DNA of 64,000 nucleotides from Amoeboaphelidium occidentale (Eukaryota): NCBI GenBank assembly GCA_023515795.1, contig JALGPX010000055.1, positions 1 to 64,000 of the forward strand, read 5' to 3'. Shown piece by piece: positions 21,774 to 32,848 of this stretch (position 1 is its first letter; each line of letters starts with the position of its first letter). The notes under the pieces were generated by a model. It saw only the letters and a program-made list of their open reading frames with translations, ran no database searches and was not told where the DNA came from. The position numbers and the translations under genes were made by a program.

Positions 21774-22418
21774 ATGCAGGCTTTAAATGACTTTATCTTG
21801 AACCCTGCCAACCATGATCTTCTGGCTCTTATAAAAGGCTTAAGAAACGGAATTGTTTATGGTGCAAAGATCAGATTCCCACATGCTTTGGTTATGACTT
21901 TTCTATTCCGTTCACAGTTGCCCTTTAGAAAGAAACTGGAAGTAATTCTTGATGCAACTTATCAACACTCCCGTAATTTGGGTACATTTGTTCTGATTTA
22001 TAAATCTCTTTTGTTGTTACAGAGAACGCTAAGATCAGGTAAAGAGAATGAGAAGGATGCATTCATTGCTGGCTTAATTGGTGGTTACATTGTGTTTGGT
22101 AAAGACAATGGTATCAACAATCAGATTGTTTTGTATTTGTTCTCAAGAATTACACTTGGCTTAGTGAAATACTGTAGAAACAGAGGATACTTTGAACTTA
22201 TTGGGTATCCTTCCAATGTTTCTGCTGTAACAACCCCAAATGGTCGCGAGGGTGTGGCATTTTCTGTATTTGCTGCTTTGACTTGGGGCATTGTCATGTG
22301 GTTGTTCAGGCATGAGAAGTCAACGCTACAAAATTCTTTACAAGCGTCAATGGAGTATCTTTACAATGATTCTGATAAGTGGAACTCCCTAAAGAACTTT
22401 CTATTATACAATCGCTGA
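21774..22418 (+). CDS. PXMP4: Peroxisomal membrane protein 4 (PMP24)
   Basis: KGLRNGIVYGAKIRFPHALVMTFLF, INNQIVLYLFSR, SLQASMEYLY.DS. Confidence 0.92.
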   Translation: MQALNDFILNPANHDLLALIKGLRNGIVYGAKIRFPHALVMTFLFRSQLPFRKKLEVILDATYQHSRNLGTFVLIYKSLLLLQRTLRSGKENEKDAFIAGLIGGYIVFGKDNGINNQIVLYLFSRITLGLVKYCRNRGYFELIGYPSNVSAVTTPNGREGVAFSVFAALTWGIVMWLFRHEKSTLQNSLQASMEYLYNDSDKWNSLKNFLLYNR

Positions 22419-22468
22419 GTCCAACCAATTGCGGAAAGCTTTTCTTTACGGGAATCGAATCGAAATAA

Positions 22469-23581
22469 ATGTTGCGATTATTCAAAAGAAATTTCTCTAA
22501 TTCCTCTGCGCTCTACTCGAAATCAGTCAGTGGGGGTTCCGCATCAGCTGCTGCAGCGTCTTTGTATGAACAGACTGCAAAGAATATGTTGATTACAAAG
22601 GACACTAAAGTTATTTGTCAGGGATTCACAGGGAAACAGGCAAGCTTATCCCTTTAACAGTCTTATGCCTTCTACTTCTTCTTCTTTTGTTTAGGGAACC
22701 TTTCATTGTAAACAGGCGCTGGAGTACGGAACTCAGATCGTTGGTGGAGTGTCTCCTGGTAAAGGAGGACAGAAACATTTAAATCTTCCTGTGTTCAATT
22801 CTGTTAAGGAAGCTGTTAAAGCTACGAAGGCAACTGCTTCCGTTATTTACGTTCCACCGCCGTTTGCTGCAAAGGCTATTCTGGAAGCTGTGGATGCTGA
22901 AGTTCCTCTCGTGGTCGCAATCACTGAGGGTATACCACAACAGGATATGGTCAGAGTTGTTAATGTTCTGAAGAATCAGACAAAGACAAGATTAATCGGT
23001 CCAAATTGTCCTGGAATTATAAAGCCAAATCAATGTAAAATTGGAATTATGCCTGGTCACATTCACACGCCTGGAAAGATTGGCATTGTTTCGAGGTCTG
23101 GCACTCTGACTTATGAAGCTGTTTATCAGACGACTCAAGTTAAATTAGGTCAGTCTTTGTGTGTTGGTATTGGTGGTGATCCTTTTAATGGAACTAACTT
23201 TGTGGATTGTCTCAAAGTATTCTTGGATGATCCAGAGACTGAAGGCATCATTCTTATTGGCGAAATTGGTGGTACAGCAGAAGAAGAAGCAGCTGAATTC
23301 CTAAAGAAGCATAATTATGATAAGAATGGAAAGATCATTAAGCCTGTTGTTAGTTTCATAGCAGGAAGAACTGCGCCACCAGGCAGACGAATGGGTAAAT
23401 AGCACTTCTTCCCTTAAACTTAATTTTTATAGGTCACGCTGGTGCTATTATCGCAGGTGGTAAAGGAACTGCTGATGATAAGATTAAAGCATTGAATGAT
23501 GCAGGTGTTGTTGTTACAGAGAGTCCAGCTCAATTGGGAACCACAATGTTGAGAGTTATGAAGGAAGCAGGTTTAGCGTAA
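22469..23581 (+). CDS. SUCLG1: Succinyl-CoA ligase alpha subunit; introns 22640-22694 (GC-AG) and 23395-23432
   Basis: [52 protein letters not shown]. Confidence 0.96.
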
Positions 23582-23693
23582 GAACAGAAGTCATAGGTCA
23601 AGCTGAGACAATTAAAGTTGGAATAAAAGAACAATCTGCGTCTCATCTTGTCTGTTCCTTCGAAATCATCAAACAACAACTTCTTTCCCCGGA

Positions 23694-24839
23694 ATGTCTT
23701 TGGATTCAACAATTTACTTGGCCTACGTCGCTTTGGGTATCGGCGCAGTTCTTCCGATTTACTTTGGTTCTTTTGGATCTCTAAAGAGTCTTGATAAGGC
23801 TGAAGCTAAAGCAAAGTCTCATGCTCACGAGGATGGTTATCACAGTGAAGATTCCGAAGATGATTCTGAGTCTGAATCCTTATCTGCAGAGGATGCCATG
23901 TGGTTCCCTGTGATGGGCTCAGGCGTTCTATTTGGGTTGTACCTTCTGTTCAATTATTTTAGTAAAGAGTACATCAATTATTTGTTGACTGCGTACTTTG
24001 CTCTGTTGGGCGCTGGAGCATTGACAAAGACTTTGACTAATGTCGCTAAACTGACTGGAATTACCGCAGCTGTCGGTACACTCAATGAAAAGTTCCATTT
24101 GAGAATGTTTCAGAAGGGAAAAGGTTTGGTCTTCAAGTTGAACTTTGATTATGTTACCGGAGTTTCGTTGGCTTTGGCTGTTATGTTCACTGCTTACTAT
24201 GTTGTCACAAAGAATTGGATCGCTTCGAATGTTTACGGTGAAGCATTTGCTACTTCTGCTATTCAGCTGTTGTCGCTTGATGATTTTAAAACTGGCATGG
24301 TTCTCTTGTCTGGTTTGTTCTTGTATGATATTTTCTGGGTCTTTGGTACGGATGTAATGGTTACAGTCGCAAAGAATTTTGATGCTCCTGTAAAGATTCT
24401 ATTCCCAAAGAATCTGTTTGCTGATGAATTGAAATTCACAATGTTGGGTTTAGGTGATATTGTTATTCCCGGAATCTTTGTGGCATTGTGTTTGAGATTT
24501 GATCAGTATTTGGCTCACTCAAAGAACAAGGGAAAGAAAGGTGCATCAAAGGGATTTCCTAAACCTTACTTCACTGCTTGTTTCATTGCTTACGGTCTTG
24601 GATTAGTTACAACAGTTGTAGTTATGCATACATTCAAAGCAGCGCAGGTAACTCTATACTTTTGAAAATCAGTTTTTTTGATTTTTTAGCCTGCTCTTTT
24701 ATATCTGTCACCTGCATGTATTCTGTCTGTTCTAATTACTGCTGCTGTTCGTGGGGAATTGGGTCAAGTTTTTGCTTACAAGTCAGTTCAAGCAACAAAC
24801 AAAGAGAACAAAGAAAAGGAAGGCAAGAAGACCAAGTAA
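23694..24839 (+). CDS. Signal peptide peptidase (aspartic A22B); intron 24648-24689
   Basis: LFLYDIFWVFG, MLGLGDIVIPG, AAQ|PALLYL; C-terminal KKTK ER-retrieval signal. Confidence 0.95.
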
Positions 24840-24862
24840 ATTCTCTTTACTTTAATCAATTA

Positions 24863-25660
24863 TTATGTTTTTTCTGCTGAATTATTGACGTAGCCCAGTA
24901 GTAGAAACAAAGGCCACTGAACTTTACGCTTCTGATTTCCCCACATTGATCTCAATTTATCTCTTATTCTTTCCATAGGATCTTTACCAGTTGCTTCAAT
25001 GTACCGAACAGAAGCAGACCAAGTGTACAGATACTTTTCTAGATCCTCGGCAGTCAACTCTCGTTCCACTTTGAAAGTTTCAATCACATCTGGTTGATCT
25101 TGGTATAATTTTCTAAAAGGCCATGGAATAGTTCTGTAATGATCTTTGATGTACTGTCTTTCTGGAGGCCAGTATTTATCAACTTCATCATGATACTCTT
25201 CAATTAAAACAGACAATCCTTCCAATTCTTCAGAACGAACAAGATCATAAGTCCACGCTGCAATTACAGTATCACGCTTTGATAACAGTCTGCATTTCTG
25301 GTAGAATTTCTCAAAATCAAACCAGTGTAAACCTGTAGCGATTGTAATCAAGTCAGCTTTGCGATCACCACTTGAGACTGCAATTTCCTCTTCAGCAGAC
25401 TCTACCAAGTAAGTAACACTTGGATTATTAAAAGCATTCTGTATCTGATTACGGGAAGGATCTGTAGCAATTATCTTCTTGAAATACGGAGCTAAACCAA
25501 TAGCAGCCTGACCATTACCAGTTGCAACGTCCCAACATAAATCATGTTTCGCACTTACAGATGACAAGTACTTGTACAATTCTTCAGGGTAAGCAGGTCT
25601 ATGCTTTGCGTACTCTGCAGAATGTGCAGAGAAATGATCTTTAAATGAACCCTGTGACAT
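24863..25660 (-). CDS. Class I SAM-dependent methyltransferase (Methyltransf_11 type)
   Basis: FKDHFS...YAKHRPAYP, WDVATGNGQAA, DLITIATGLHWFD. Confidence 0.9.
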   Translation of the reverse strand: MSQGSFKDHFSAHSAEYAKHRPAYPEELYKYLSSVSAKHDLCWDVATGNGQAAIGLAPYFKKIIATDPSRNQIQNAFNNPSVTYLVESAEEEIAVSSGDRKADLITIATGLHWFDFEKFYQKCRLLSKRDTVIAAWTYDLVRSEELEGLSVLIEEYHDEVDKYWPPERQYIKDHYRTIPWPFRKLYQDQPDVIETFKVERELTAEDLEKYLYTWSASVRYIEATGKDPMERIRDKLRSMWGNQKRKVQWPLFLLLGYVNNSAEKT

Positions 25661-25678
25661 AATAGAGACAGAGTAAAT

Positions 25679-26540
25679 CTATTCAGAGGAAATCTTGAAT
25701 CGCAACAAATATGCTCGACTATCCTGTTTGCCCTTGTAATAATTCTCCACAGTTTCGACAACTTCAAATCCGCGTTTCGTATAAAATTCCTTAGCCCCTT
25801 CGTTATCCACAGACACATGCAAATCGATTCTCTTTACGCCTGACATTTCCTTAACGGCTTTTAACAAATATTCCAGCATTAGAGAGCCTAGCCCTAATTT
25901 ACGATAAGGAGCCAANGAACCCTGTGACATAATAGAGACAGAGTAAATCTATTCAGAGGAAATCTTGAATCGCAACAAATATGCTCGACTATCCTGTTTG
26001 CCCTTGTAAGGAGTCTGGGGAAACTTACGAAAAAGAAACTTTATTAAATATATCACAGCGGGTCACTTTCGAAAATCAAATTNNNNNNNNTAATAATTCT
26101 CCACAGTTTCGACAACTTCAAATCCGCGTTTCGTATAAAATTCCTTAGCCCCTTCGTTATCCACAGACACATGCAAATCGATTCTCTTTACGCCTGACAT
26201 TTCCTTAACGGCTTTTAACAAATATTCCAGCATTAGAGAGCCTAGCCCTAATTTACGATAAGGAGCCAACACGCCAAATGTTGCCAAGTACACGGAATCA
26301 TCAGAATCTCTCTTAGCACTGTAACAACCAACTGGAATATCACTAAAGTATGCTAAGTCCGAGTGATTAACATCATCGAATGAAGGATTTACCCAATTTT
26401 GATAATTCGCCTGAAGCTAGAGCATCCTTATAGAACTTTGGGGAGTACTGAACAGGAAACAAAACAGAATGAAGTCGTTTAAATTGATTTATGTTATTCG
26501 GAGTCAAATCTCCAATGTCTTGTCTTGCTTGATGGACCAT
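25679..26540 (-). CDS. NAA50: N-terminal acetyltransferase NAA50 (NatE); intron 26353-26392; 3' part duplicated around gaps at 25916 and 26083-26090
   Basis: IGDLTPNNINQFKRLHSVLFPVQYSPKFY, YLATFGVLAPYRKLGLGS, LHVSVDNEGA.EFY..RGFE..ETVENYY. Confidence 0.88.
26010..26090. mobile_element. Possible DNA-transposon insertion (PIF/Harbinger-like TAA target), one end visible, rest in gap
   Basis: Empty site cccttgTAAtaattct (25731-25746) versus cccttgTAA-ggagtctggggaaac...NNN-TAAtaattct. Confidence 0.45.
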
Positions 26541-26577
26541 CCTGTTCTTGTTTCCGGAAACTCAATAGAAAAATTTC

Positions 26578-27195
26578 ATGTCGCAAAGCTGCTGTCATCA
26601 CGACGAATGTGGCCACGAAATGGGAGAAGAACAGAGCCTCTTTTCACAGATAAATGTTCCCTCTGTGCGCTGCTTAAACGAAATGGAGGTCGATATGGCG
26701 AAGAATGTATTCAAGTCTTATGAGAATCGCTTGGACAGGGAAAAGTATCTCGAGTCAGACGTCGATCCAGAACTTCTTCTGTTCGTACCCTTCAATGGAA
26801 TCGTAAAGCTTAAAAGTATTTCTATTAGAGGTGTAGCTGACGACAGGGCACCGTTGAAGTTCAAAGTATTTATCAACCGGGAAGATTTAGACTTTGATTT
26901 GGCACGTACTGTTCCGGCATTACAGGAATGGGATTGCCCTGAAAACCCTACAGGAAACGATGGAGGTATTGTTGAGTATTTCACGAAAATTACAAAGTTC
27001 AGTCAAGTTCGGTCTCTAACACTTTACTTTCCCGACTCATACGGTGCTGATACGACACGCATTGATTATATTGGTTTCAAAGGTGAATGGAAGGAATCTC
27101 ATGAAGGGCCTCTTACTATGGTGTATGAGTCTATGCCTAATCCAGCTGATCATCCTAAAGCCAAAGACGAACTAGCCGGCGCACGTTTTGTTTGA
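26578..27195 (+). CDS. PITH domain-containing protein
   Basis: SLFSQI...VRCLNE, LESDVDPELLLFVPFNG.VKLKSI, TTRIDYIGFKGE, YESMPNPADH. Confidence 0.92.
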   Translation: MSQSCCHHDECGHEMGEEQSLFSQINVPSVRCLNEMEVDMAKNVFKSYENRLDREKYLESDVDPELLLFVPFNGIVKLKSISIRGVADDRAPLKFKVFINREDLDFDLARTVPALQEWDCPENPTGNDGGIVEYFTKITKFSQVRSLTLYFPDSYGADTTRIDYIGFKGEWKESHEGPLTMVYESMPNPADHPKAKDELAGARFV

Positions 27196-27335
27196 GCAAG
27201 GTCAAATTTATGGTTTAAGGGTTGGAGATATTTGGAGCACTCCGATGGGAATACAGCAGAACATGTTAGACTTTTAGGTTTATAGGCAATAAAGTCCGCG
27301 TCTTAAAAAAACCGTTAACGATCTCGTTTATTGCT

Positions 27336-29588
27336 TCAGCAAATGTAGTGCTTCAAGCGACTGTGTATTACTATGGACAATTTTACTGAAAGAGGAAACG
27401 ATCGATATAGACTTAACCACATGTTGTTAAGTTCTTCGCTATCTTGAATCAGTTTAACGTCCTGTTTTACGGTCGGTGTCATGATATTCTCCAAGGCTTC
27501 TTGAATATGTTCAGGTTTCTGTAAATTTAACTCATTTTCTCCAATAGAGAGCTTTCTTGTTACTAAATCAAAGAGTTCTCGGAAGATATCGGGCATCTGA
27601 ACACGAAATAATGCTGGTCTTACTTCTTTTAACTGATCGAATATTTTCTTTTCTACAGAGTACATGTCTGCATTAATTGATATCAACTCATCTTCATCGA
27701 ATAATAACTCGTAAGTCCAAGGAACAGGATTGTGGCGAAATGGGTCTGTTCGTACTTCAAGCCAATTCCAAACAATACCACAAGAAAACTTATCAAGGAG
27801 CGTCAGAGCAAATTTATGAGCTCTATCCACAGCTTCCATTGATTTTGCTTTAATCTCGTTATCTCTTATGGTGAACGTGTATGAAGCAACCGTCCCGCCC
27901 TCTGTCAACAGTTCTTCAAACAATTCTTCAGCAGTGAAATGTGTTTGATTATCAAATGCGAATGATACTCCCGTCAAGTATAAATCTGATTTCAACAGAG
28001 TCTTTACAAACTTATCGATACATCCAGAATTGAGGTAAGCCATTTGGGCGAAATTGTTGTCATGCCCTGATAATGTGTCTCCAAGGGTTTCGGAGAATTC
28101 AATCAATTCATTGGCTAAAGCATCATGGAAATCTCGCCAGTTATTGTCTTCAATACATTGTAATGCAAGCTCTACTGATTCTGCATCATTTAAGGCAGAG
28201 TTGCTGTTTATCAACACTCTCAAATAGAACCTCGAAGCTCTTGTTGTTGATTTTTCCATGGAAAATGCTTCCGGAGTGTCGGTATTTAAACTTGAACTTT
28301 TCAGCCAATTCAGAGTCTCTTGTGTTCTGTATCCCTCATAAATGTCAGTTTCAGCAAGTTTTGCCGCAGCCAAATCCCAGCGCCCTTTTGCAAGCAGCAT
28401 TCTTATGGATTTTAAGAAATCGCCCCTCGAAGCAACTGCAATCAATGATGGCACAAGCGCTTGAACATCACTATTTAGATCTTTCAGTAATTGTTTATCT
28501 CTTTCCTCTTTGGATGGAATCGGTTTGTTCTGTATTAGATCTGCCCATCTTAAGAGTGCAAAAGCCAAAGAATTCCAACCACAGGCAGATAAAGCTGCAA
28601 CAGGAACTCCAGAACATTTAACTTGTTGTAAAACTGTGTAATATTTATCGTCTGTTGGCTGTGTTTGATATTTTCCAATTAAATTCAAACGCAAAACATC
28701 TCCTACAACAAGCGTGGGCGGGAAAGAAAAAGTTTGCCAGCTGTTAACATTGTGAACACCATATGCCTTTGAAGTGTAATGGTACTTGACTGATTTATCG
28801 TTTTCTTTAGAACTATTATAAAATCCAACAGAAAATGATATTTGCTTCGGTGCAAAAGTTGGCATGCCCCTCAAGTATAGTGCCTTGTACGGCATCATCG
28901 TAATGTGCGTTATCAAATTAACCCCAGGTCGCAGTTTGTAGATTAAATGCTCATTCTCAGCAGGCGTTTCAGAGCCAGTAGAACTCCAAAAGGACTCGGA
29001 ATCCTTCAGCGTCTCCCTTATAGTCTGCATGGGACTATCAAAAGAGCTCTGATCTAAAGCTTCGTGAAGCAACTCAAAGTCATCAACATTAAAATGCCTG
29101 CTCATAGCGAGCGTCTGCGCATACAACTTCTTTGTATCAGAACAGAAGTCCAACAATGCGTCATGCAAAGCGTTATGTTCCACAGATCCTGTATCGTAGC
29201 CCCTCGCTAAAATCTGGTTTCCGTCTCCATACTCAACAACAGCCTTCACTGGGCGGAATACTTGGATTGTGCTCGACAGATGTACAAAGCGATCAAACTT
29301 GCGCTCTTGATAGAATGCTGGTTCTTCTTGCTCTTCTTCTCCGGAGAGGCTGGAAAGCGCTCTTGAAAATATTGTGTGGCTGTCTGCCTCCCGTTTAGTA
29401 AATGTCTTGTTGAGGTAAACGTATTTCCATAAACTGTTTCGATGTTCGATTATGGAGCTCCAAAGTTTGCATACTCTTTCCAGTTTAACCAATTCATTGA
29501 CTGACACCGTTGAGCCGTCTGGCGAAGTTATCACGTAACGGAATATGTCCGCTAATATTTCGTTTGGCAGCGAGTTGATCACAATCAT
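27336..29588 (-). CDS. F-box protein with plant At4g00755-like beta-sandwich domain and clathrin heavy-chain linker-like segment
   Basis: F-box INSLPNEILADIF..LERVCKLW; SFWSSTGS...EHLIYKL...LRLNLIGKYQ.Q..D..YY; LNDAESVELA...SETLGD...AYL. Confidence 0.7.
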   Translation of the reverse strand: MIVINSLPNEILADIFRYVITSPDGSTVSVNELVKLERVCKLWSSIIEHRNSLWKYVYLNKTFTKREADSHTIFSRALSSLSGEEEQEEPAFYQERKFDRFVHLSSTIQVFRPVKAVVEYGDGNQILARGYDTGSVEHNALHDALLDFCSDTKKLYAQTLAMSRHFNVDDFELLHEALDQSSFDSPMQTIRETLKDSESFWSSTGSETPAENEHLIYKLRPGVNLITHITMMPYKALYLRGMPTFAPKQISFSVGFYNSSKENDKSVKYHYTSKAYGVHNVNSWQTFSFPPTLVVGDVLRLNLIGKYQTQPTDDKYYTVLQQVKCSGVPVAALSACGWNSLAFALLRWADLIQNKPIPSKEERDKQLLKDLNSDVQALVPSLIAVASRGDFLKSIRMLLAKGRWDLAAAKLAETDIYEGYRTQETLNWLKSSSLNTDTPEAFSMEKSTTRASRFYLRVLINSNSALNDAESVELALQCIEDNNWRDFHDALANELIEFSETLGDTLSGHDNNFAQMAYLNSGCIDKFVKTLLKSDLYLTGVSFAFDNQTHFTAEELFEELLTEGGTVASYTFTIRDNEIKAKSMEAVDRAHKFALTLLDKFSCGIVWNWLEVRTDPFRHNPVPWTYELLFDEDELISINADMYSVEKKIFDQLKEVRPALFRVQMPDIFRELFDLVTRKLSIGENELNLQKPEHIQEALENIMTPTVKQDVKLIQDSEELNNMWLSLYRSFPLSVKLSIVIHSRLKHYIC

Positions 29589-29623
29589 CGTTTGAATTAA
29601 GAAAAGCACAACCGTCTATTCAT

Positions 29624-32600
29624 TTAATTTCCACTCTTTGGGTCTGCGTTCTTTCTCATGCGAGCTTTGCGTTCATTAACAGCCAGAGCATTTGCTTCAC
29701 GCTCTTTAAGTTCAGCTAAGCTTTGCTCATCAATAAAAGAAGCGACAGGATCATATGGAGTGTTTTCGCGGAATAAACCGTCATTGTATCTCATACCATC
29801 AATATCAGCCATTGTTTTCTGTGCAATTGGTGATTTTGCTGCATTCAATGTGTCATATTCATAAACATGTTCAGCAGCTGGTGGATTTAGACCGTAACCT
29901 GCAGACTTCGATAGAAACAAACCTCCTGAAGGGGCATGTATCACTGTTTTAGTAGCGGAAAGATTAGGAGAAGGATCACCTCTTGGCTGACTTTGAACAT
30001 CACTTGTTTGAGGTAAATCAAACACTGTATTTTCTCCTGGCTGATATGAACCAGTTACATCCCATCCATATGTATCACTAATAACTCTTTGAGCAGGCAA
30101 CTCGTATTCAATACCAAGATTTTCACAAGCCTTCTTAATAAACAATATCAAACGGCCTCTTCTTTCACGATAACGCTTCATATTCTGAAAGTTTGATCTA
30201 TGAGTGACCCAAATTCTTATGTTCATCCTGTTGCTGTTTTCCAAATCTTGATACTCGACTTCAAACTTTGGATGATAATGATATGTGTGCTTTGACATGA
30301 AAGATGCAAGTTTAGATTCAAACATCTTCAATTGACGCTTCTTTGTATAAAAGGAAACTTGCATTTTGATCAAGTCAATTTGGTCCGGTGATCTTCTCAA
30401 ATTCAGTATAGGCTTTGATGATAACTCTGAATTAGAAAAGTAAACAATAGAATTGTCATAACGTCTCAACTCACTTGTCAACAATCCGACCTTTGCGACG
30501 GTGTACACGACTTTATCAATTACCACACGATCTCCAATATCAAAAGGATGTCTTCCAAAGATGAAAATTATACTCTCCAGCAAGGCTTTAGCAGAGCTAC
30601 CAACAGCGAAAGCCACAGCCAGCAGGAAAGATGATAATGTAGTTAAGACTTGCTGTGCATTGTAACCAAAGATAATGAAATAGAACACAAACAGAATCAT
30701 AGCACAAGTTCCAGAAATAGCGCTGTCAAGTCTGTCAACTGAAGATTCTCCATCGTACAAAGCAGTCTTCAAAGCTCTTCTTTCTCTTGCAATAGACAAC
30801 AATGTTGTAAAAATATCCGTTTCCTTGATAACACCATTCCAGTTTCCTACGAACAAACTGAAACCAACAGCAGCCATTTCAGGGTTCATGAACTGAACAA
30901 AGTTCTCCGCAGACACTGTATCGCCATTTGGATTCAAGCGAAGCCAAATTGCATGAGCAAGGAGACGAGAAGCTTTTGCGTTACTCATATCAAGATGCTC
31001 TTCACCATGTTCATAAGTGATTGTTGGTAGATCTTCTTTGAATTGTTCTTTTTCATGCATTCTCATAATGCATCTCTTGTAAAGACCCTTAGTATACAGC
31101 AATTCTGTGCTTTTGATAAACTCGACAAAAACTGCGAGCTTATGATTTGATATCGGTTCTCTATCCAACAATTCACTTTCTTGTACTTGGATCGCATCAA
31201 ACACAGAATCATCATTCAAATCAAAGTCAAACCATCCTGCAATACCTTGCTTACCATCTTCTTGCTCATCATAAGATGGATTTTGTTTTCTTTTATCCTT
31301 TACTACTTTCATAGTCGGATTTTGCTGTTTAGTGATAATCGACAACCTATCTCCGCCAGATTTCAGTTTCAAGTAGTTCTTCAATGTTTTTGCCAAAGAT
31401 TCAACAGCATGCTTCTTCGGCTTTCTGTTGAGTAAACAATTTAAAACGTATTCCTCGAGAAGAGACTTTTTGATACGCCTGTAAAATGCTGCTCTTTGAA
31501 ATCCAATCGCCATGTATCGCACTGCTAAACCTTTAACCAGGAAAGTAATCGCTGTGACAACTGCACAAGTAATTAAAGGATCCAAGTAATTGTTGGCCTG
31601 CGTCAGAAACTTAGAATCTTGGAGAACGCCAACTTGTAGAAGCAACTTATATGTGATAATCACAAAGACCGTAGTCAGAGACCATAGCATTGGGCTTCTT
31701 AACTTACTAACATAGAAAACAAAGTGCTTGCCAAGAACTGGGGTATTAGTTACAGCAATTATAGCCAACATAACCGCCATGTCAGACAAGAAAGCACCAA
31801 TAATGGCGACTGAGATTAAAGCACAAGCAAACAGTATCTCGCCATAGTAACTGATCCTAAAGTAATAGCACATGATACCAGGTACAAGGAATAAACTGAG
31901 AAACATCATGGTCTTCATGAATTTCCATAGCCAACGCGCTATAAATTCCCACTTGGTTTCATTCGGTTGTTCTCTTGGTCTTGCTGCATTTGCGGCTGTT
32001 TCTTCTGCTTTCGCTTCGTCCAATATTGACAACGAGTCATCGCGATCATCATCTTCAGAGTCCCACTCCATCATTTCTTGAATGGTTCTCTGATTCTTAC
32101 CTGTCATCGTTGGTGGTCTTGTGTGATGCATTGTCGGAACAGTTTTCATTTGGCTCAACAATCTTCTTCCATCTTCTGATCTCATAGAGAAATTGCTCAT
32201 TTCGATGTAATTAGATGGAGAAACGCCACCAAGTTGTGTTTTAATGTCTAATTTTGCGTTTGCAGGCGGAGGTGGAGGCGGTACTTCTAAGTTCTCCGTT
32301 GCATCATCATACTCTCCGTCTGAACTATCACCATCAGAGTCGGAACTATTATTACTGTCTCCATCCATTTTTATATGCACATCTCCAGTTTCAGAATTCT
32401 TGAAGGAGCGTGGGAGCTTAGCAGCTGTTTTACGCCGTAACAATGAAACATCAGGCCGTTCCGGTCTTTCGGGTGCTTCAGCGTGACTATATTCTGACAT
32501 TCTTGAGGGAGCCTGTGAATGGAATCTTCTGTGCCTTCCTCTGCGATTCATGCTGAGATTCTTGAAATCATGCTCAAAATCATCATTAATTGGCGATTGA

Positions 32601-32848
32601 ACATTACGCCTCAGGTCCAAATCGATGGTTTCAACCACAGCCTTGTGTAAAGGCGCGTTTTCTTCAACATTACGCCTTGAAACAGACTTTGTTCTTTGAA
32701 TTTGCTTTTCTTCTGGCGCGGCAATTGTAAAGGATCTTTGTCGTGACCCAGCCAGTGCAGTTTTGCTTCGTTTATGCGTGATAGTACGCCTGGGCTGCAT
32801 TGGCATCTCAATATCAGATGCATCTGAGTTATCTGAAGAGAATGTCAT
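29624..32848 (-). CDS. MscS-like mechanosensitive channel (eukaryotic MSL/Msy type)
   Basis: FQRAAFYRRIKKS, ERRALK..L.D...VDRLD, LESIIFIFGRHPFDIGDRVVID, NSELSSKPILNLRRSP; first ATG 32848. Confidence 0.92.
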   Translation of the reverse strand: MTFSSDNSDASDIEMPMQPRRTITHKRSKTALAGSRQRSFTIAAPEEKQIQRTKSVSRRNVEENAPLHKAVVETIDLDLRRNVQSPINDDFEHDFKNLSMNRRGRHRRFHSQAPSRMSEYSHAEAPERPERPDVSLLRRKTAAKLPRSFKNSETGDVHIKMDGDSNNSSDSDGDSSDGEYDDATENLEVPPPPPPANAKLDIKTQLGGVSPSNYIEMSNFSMRSEDGRRLLSQMKTVPTMHHTRPPTMTGKNQRTIQEMMEWDSEDDDRDDSLSILDEAKAEETAANAARPREQPNETKWEFIARWLWKFMKTMMFLSLFLVPGIMCYYFRISYYGEILFACALISVAIIGAFLSDMAVMLAIIAVTNTPVLGKHFVFYVSKLRSPMLWSLTTVFVIITYKLLLQVGVLQDSKFLTQANNYLDPLITCAVVTAITFLVKGLAVRYMAIGFQRAAFYRRIKKSLLEEYVLNCLLNRKPKKHAVESLAKTLKNYLKLKSGGDRLSIITKQQNPTMKVVKDKRKQNPSYDEQEDGKQGIAGWFDFDLNDDSVFDAIQVQESELLDREPISNHKLAVFVEFIKSTELLYTKGLYKRCIMRMHEKEQFKEDLPTITYEHGEEHLDMSNAKASRLLAHAIWLRLNPNGDTVSAENFVQFMNPEMAAVGFSLFVGNWNGVIKETDIFTTLLSIARERRALKTALYDGESSVDRLDSAISGTCAMILFVFYFIIFGYNAQQVLTTLSSFLLAVAFAVGSSAKALLESIIFIFGRHPFDIGDRVVIDKVVYTVAKVGLLTSELRRYDNSIVYFSNSELSSKPILNLRRSPDQIDLIKMQVSFYTKKRQLKMFESKLASFMSKHTYHYHPKFEVEYQDLENSNRMNIRIWVTHRSNFQNMKRYRERRGRLILFIKKACENLGIEYELPAQRVISDTYGWDVTGSYQPGENTVFDLPQTSDVQSQPRGDPSPNLSATKTVIHAPSGGLFLSKSAGYGLNPPAAEHVYEYDTLNAAKSPIAQKTMADIDGMRYNDGLFRENTPYDPVASFIDEQSLAELKEREANALAVNERKARMRKNADPKSGN

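Noticed and set aside
25679..26293. Two NAA50 paralogs, one starting MSQG
   Set aside because: The ORF crosses an N and joins duplicated flanks; one gene represented by overlapping contig ends or alleles
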